Assembly: GCA_963575745.1 (NCBI GenBank)
Contig: CAUYUJ010000058.1
Coordinates: 1-64,000, forward strand
Origin: Prorocentrum cordatum
Lineage: Eukaryota
Length of the DNA stretch: 64,000 bases
Direction: 5' to 3'
Part shown: positions 58,795 to 64,000 of the stretch, one piece after another
Layout of the letters: each line of letters begins with the position of its first letter
Position numbering within the stretch: position 1 is the stretch's first letter
Made by a program: the position numbers and the translations under genes
Notes under the pieces: generated by a model
Seen by the model: the letters and a program-made list of their open reading frames with translations, nothing else
What the model was told of the DNA's origin: nothing
Database searches by the model: none

Positions 58795-60454
58795 TGTAAC
58801 AACTTACCGAACTGCGCTTCTGGCAAGTAACTCCTGTCGAAGTTGCTGAAGACCACAGGCTGGATTGGCTCGTGGACAGAACCTGCAGCGGACAGCACGA
58901 CTTGCCAAATCCAGCGAGTACGTGCCCCCCCGCGGCGAGTTGAACCCCGAGACGGTATTGACTTCGGTGGCGGCGGCATTACGTAAGGAAGAAAATGAGC
59001 AGCCATTGGTTAGCGCAAGCAATCGTGACGACGAGAACGACTCGGACTAGTTCCATGGCTGTGCTTGGATTTCTCTTCACCGAGTTCAGTACAGTCAGAA
59101 CGCTCCTCCTTCGGAGGGATCTGCGTCGGGGCACGTTAGAACGCAAGTCCCGATGCGATCGGCGACCCCAGTGGGGCGTCGCGACGTTGGGCTCACCGTC
59201 GCCACACAAAGTTGCCACGTTTTGCTCTGGGTCGTCGTTTGTGGGCTCCCAGAGTGTTCGCTACCTGTATATTTCCACGTGCCGCTGCAGTCTTCGAATA
59301 CAGTTTCGAGGTGCGGGCTCTGGGGGCTCTTTTCTGTCAAACGATGTGCATGCCGCCGTTGTCGTGAGCGGCTCCGAGTTGTTCGAGCTGCTCTTCTAGG
59401 CCCGCGCGGCGCGAGCGGGGCCCGTCCGATCGGGGCCCGAACGACACCGACGCTGCCTGCGTCCTGCGTCCCTAGCGAAGCCCCTCCCCCTCTCCACCCT
59501 CCCTGGCCTGAATGGCGTCAGCCCCCCTCCCCCCTCCTCCCTCCTCCCCATGGCGTTCCCCCCGCCCCTCCTCCCTCCCGGACCTGAATGGCGTCAGCCC
59601 CCCCCCCCCCTTTACTCTTCCGGGCCTGAATTTGCGTGACCCCCTCCAACAGCCCGGGCCTGAATGGCGTGACCCCCCCCGACAGAGCGAAACCCCCATT
59701 CCCCCTCCTACCTCCCGGGCTTGAATGGCGTCAACCCCCTCACCCTTTCCTCCCTGCCGGGCCTGAATGGCGTCAGCCCCCCCCCCCCGACAGAGCGAAG
59801 TTTGAGCGAGCTCAAGCCCACGCTCTCAGAAACTCACATGCCGGATCGGTTGGATGATTGGATGTGATTTTCCATTCAGAATATCAGAGCATTCTATTCA
59901 TGACGCCCTGCCCTCCATTCGTGAAAATGCTGCGCAAGTTGTCGTTTGTGCTTCTCCTGTAAGGGGGAGTCTCGGGTCAGAGCTCCATTCTGAAACCAAA
60001 CCGCTTTGCACCCCTGCCTGCAGCTGCTGCAAGCTTTCAAGACGAAAGTACGCGGCGCCGAGGCGAGAGCTACGTTTATGATGTTCCAACTTACCACCAG
60101 AAAGAATTTCGAGCGCCTGAGAAGTACCGAAACTCGAGGGTTTTCGCGTGTCGGACCCTGGGGAACACTCGCCCGACACTGTTTCGACACTCTTTCGACA
60201 CTTTTCTGGGTGCTCGAAGTTATTTTTGGGATGTCGTCCTTGAGTACGATGGGAGCAACATAGAGCTACGTTTTGAGAAGGACCCGACCTTCGTCATCAC
60301 AGTTGTCGACGAATGTGCGCGGCTCCGAGTCGAGAGTTTCGTTCCGAGAAGGACCCGGCCTCCATCAGTGTAGCTGCCGCAAGCAGCAGGCCCATGCTGA
60401 AAAGGACTTGGCTTTCACCCGTCTGGTTTTTCTTGTTACGGGACAGCAGTGAAT

Positions 60455-60615
60455 CAGGAGGGGGAAAATCACAGACACAATTCATCGTCGATCCCCCAAA
60501 AAATATTTGAAAATATGGAAAGTGGGGGGGAAGACAAGAAACCAGAAAAAATTGATAAATATGGGGAATCCTTGCACTTGTGTGTATTTATTTGTGTGTC
60601 CTTGGGCCCCTCCGG
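60455..60615. mobile_element. MITE-like element, CAGGAGGGG family, probable 5-bp TSD TGAAT
   Basis: caggagggg...cccctccgg; tgaat at 60450-60454 and 60616-60620; paralog at 21046. Confidence 0.72.
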
Positions 60616-60762
60616 TGAATCGTGTGGAAGTCACAGGCGTAAATCCCCGTCTTGCCTACGGACACGCCTGGTGGGGCGACAGCGGGGAGTTCGCCAGAAG
60701 AACGAGCGACGGCATGGGATTGGGTGGACGAGGAGGAGGAGGACGAGGAGGAGAATTGAAAA

Positions 60763-60781
60763 GACGATGATGATGATGTTG

Positions 60782-60813
<32 letters not shown>

Positions 60814-61492
60814 GATGATGCTGATGCTGATATTGATGTTGATGTTGGTGGTGATGATGATGATCATGATCATGATGCTGATGATGACGACGATGATGCT
60901 GCTGATGCTGCTGATGTTGCTGATGATGATGCTGATGTGGATGGTGATGATGATCATGATCATGATCATGATGCTGATGATGATGACGATGATGTTGCTG
61001 CTGATGATGATGCTACTGATGCTGATGATGTTGCTGATGCTGATGACGATGATAATGATGATGAGGAGGAGGAGGATGCTGATGACATTGATGCTGATGT
61101 TGATGTGGACGTTGACGATGATGATGGTGGTGGTGGTGATTCTGATGATGATGCTGATGATGATGTTGATGATGTTGCTGATGATGATGATGGTGATGAT
61201 GATGATGATGATGAGGAGGAGGGTGATGACGGTGATGGTGATGGTGATGGTGCTGGTGGTTGTGGTGTTGGTGGTGGTGATTACGGTTGTGATGCTGGTG
61301 ATGATGTTGTTGAGGGTGATGATGACGAAGAGGATGAATATGAATATACTTATGATGTTGATGATGTTGATGATGATGTTGTTGATCATGGTGGTGCTAA
61401 TGGTGACGATGACGATGCTGATGAATGATGATGGTGATGCTAATGATGATGATGCTGATGATGATGATGATGGTGATGATGGTGATGATGAT

Positions 61493-61524
<32 letters not shown>

Positions 61525-61700
61525 TGATGCTGATGATGATGATGCTGATGATGATGCTGTTGCTGCTGCTGCTGATGATGAGGATGATGATGATGATTAT
61601 TATTATTATTGTGGTGATGGTGGTGGTGAAGATGACGACGACGATGACAATGACGACGACAATGACAATGACGACGACGTCGATGAGATGATGAGGTTGG
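60763..61700. repeat. Degenerate (GAT)n microsatellite
   Basis: Direct reading. Confidence 0.95.
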
Positions 61701-63400
61701 TGAGGGTGAGGGTGAGGAGGATGAGGAGGAGGAAAAAGAGGAGGAGCCAGGAGGAGAAGGTAGAGAAGAAGCTAGGAGGAACTAGAAGGAGAAGGAGGAG
61801 CTTGGAGTCAGAGGAACAGGTCGAGGAGGAGGGAGCAGGAAGGGTCAAGAGAAAGACGACGATATTGCTGCTGCTGGTGAAGATTAGCAGTAGAAGTACG
61901 AGGAGGAGGAAGGGTGAAGAGGAGGGGACGACGAGGAGCATTGCTCTTCTTGTCACTCCGCACTCTTCCCTCGCGCTCTGTGGCAATGTACTCCTCTGCG
62001 CGGCACTCTGGGATGAGGAGGATGGGGAGGATGGGGCGGGGCAGGGGGTGGGAGATGGGTGAGGATGCGCATAATGGCAAGGACGACGAAGTGTAGTATG
62101 TGGAGCTGGCGGAGGAGGAGGACGAATGAACTAGAGAGGATGGAGCACGGCGTGGGGAATAGTACATCGGAGTCCCCATTTCCCTTGTTCGGCATGGGAA
62201 CGGTTCAACCTGTTATGACCTCCTGGCGTGGTCGTGCCACCCATGTTGCGCCAATGCGTGTGAGGCTTCAACGTGTAGGTCTATGGGTGCGACATCCATT
62301 GGTCAGGTCTCATAAAGGGGCACACTATCAGAGGGATAGTGTCTCAGACCTTACCCCAGGGCGTGCCCTTTCGCGGCATGCCCATGTCTGTCAATATGTT
62401 GGGCACCAGCGAGTTGAATGCTGTTCCAGTGGTGAGACAGCTTCCGTTTTGGACAACTCTCGCTTCAGTTTTCACAGGTATTACTTGGCATCGCTCGGAC
62501 GTGTCATTTTTTCTCGGCGAGAACCATCGAGGAGCATCCTGGACCATCGAGCAAAAAAACACGCACGAAACCGAAACATGCACGGGAAATGGACGTCCGA
62601 GCGACGCCCAGATTAGGGGCTTCGTTTTGCCATGCCGCGAGCCGCATGCTCGCTCATGCTTTGGATGCGTGTTCTACGCTTCTCTGCGAGGTCATCTGCG
62701 ACAGCATCAGGAGGAGGAGGAGGAAAAGGAGGAGGAGGGGAAGGAGGAGGAGGAGGAGGAGGAGGAGGAGGATGGGAAGGAGGAGGAGGGGGAGGAGGAG
62801 GAGGAGGAGGAGGAGGAGGAGGAGGAGGAGGAGGAGGAGGAGTGAGAGGAGGAGGAGAAGGCCTGAAGAGAGGGCCTGGTTGAGAGTCGGTTGCAACAGC
62901 ATCGGGAAGTGCTGGCCTCGTCCTCTGGATTGGAAATCGAAGGGGCGAGATGACGACAACCGTGGACTACCTTCTTGATTACTTCGGCCTCGGGGTCCAC
63001 TTCACAGCCATGTTAGACCTCCTTGGGGCCTCTCAGAGTCACGCTGGAGACCATCTCATGCCATGCTGGCCAATCCTGCGGCAGCTTGGAGGCATCATGT
63101 GGGCTCTTCGTAGGCCATCTTGGGTGCTCCAACCCCGCGCGACCCCCAGTGAAGATGAAAAGGAGCGAGGATGCGAGGGGAGGAGGTGGGAGGGGAGCGG
63201 GCGGGGAGTGACAAGCGCGAAGGAGTCCAGGATGGATGAGGAGGAGGGGGTGAGGAGGAGGAGGAGGCGGAGGAGGAGGAGGAAGAGGAGGAGGAGGAGG
63301 AGGAGGAGGAGGAGGAGGAGGAGGAGGAGGAGGAGAGGCACGTGAAGGACGTGTAGGCGCAAGCGCTCCACTCGTGCGGCGCCCTCCGTGGCCCCCCCAG

Positions 63401-63615
63401 CCCATCCGACGAGAGCGCGCGAGGGTGCTCCGCGGCCACCCGGCTCGAGCTGCGGGGGGACGGGGGCACGGGCGGCCAGGCCAAGCCGCGGCCAGATACC
63501 GGGCCACCCCCCCCCGCCCCATTCGACGAGAGCGCGCGAGGGTGTTCCGCGGCCACCTGGCTCGAGCTGTGGGCGACGGGGGGCACGGGCGGCCACGCCA
63601 AGCCGCGGCCAGATG
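63401..63615. repeat. ~117-bp tandem duplication
   Basis: cccat(c/t)cgacgagagcgcgcgagggtg.tccgcggccacc.ggctcgagctg at 63401 and 63518. Confidence 0.88.
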
Positions 63616-63819
63616 CCCGGCGCAGCATGGGCGCGCAGCACGCCCGGGGCAGCGCAGCTCCCGAGGAGGGCGCCCCGGGGGCCGGGCCTCCTGGGGCCGC
63701 CGCGGAGCCTGCGGCCTCGCCGGAGCACGGCGGCAGCTCCTCCGGCAGCTGCGCGGCGCCGCCTCGGAGGCAGTTCCATGCAGAGGAGGAGAAGGTACCG
63801 GTAGCGCTACCCTTGGTCC

Positions 63820-63820
<1 letters not shown>

Positions 63821-63860
<40 letters not shown>

Positions 63861-63975
63861 TTTTTTTTTTTTTTTTTTTTTTTTGCTTTTTTTTATTTTT
63901 TTGTTTTTTTGTTTTTATATATATATATATTATATATATATATATATAAATATATATATATAGATATATATATAG
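63821..63975. repeat. Poly(T) tract followed by (TA)n
   Basis: Direct reading. Confidence 0.95.
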
Positions 63976-64000
63976 TTCGGCCTCCTGGGAGGCCCTCGTC

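Overview
Eukaryotic, GC-rich DNA made almost entirely of repeats. It is most consistent with a dinoflagellate genome, an inference from a spliced-leader relic, AG|G acceptor and GC donor micro-exon candidates, and a methyltransferase-bearing retrotransposon. The main feature is a complete but decayed 9.3-kb Ty1/Copia LTR retrotransposon (7293-16610) with two LTRs, a 4-bp TTTC target-site duplication (TSD) and an initiator-Met-type primer-binding site. Its polyprotein carries a C5 cytosine DNA-methyltransferase-like domain between protease and integrase. It also has a long extension after RNase H with a double hydrophobic segment and a GKYxG motif. The window also holds four non-LTR retrotransposon remnants: an APE endonuclease, two RNase H-bearing 3' halves and a CRE-like RT. 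There are five families of short terminal-inverted-repeat (TIR) elements with different TSD lengths, capped 77-90-bp tandem-array elements, and an intronless decayed gene behind a spliced-leader relic. The rest is long triplet microsatellites, a 100-N gap and several candidate short + strand host exons. No rRNA, tRNA or CRISPR array is supported. Most ORFs in the supplied track are artefacts of low-complexity DNA. All motif calls were made by eye, with no database search.
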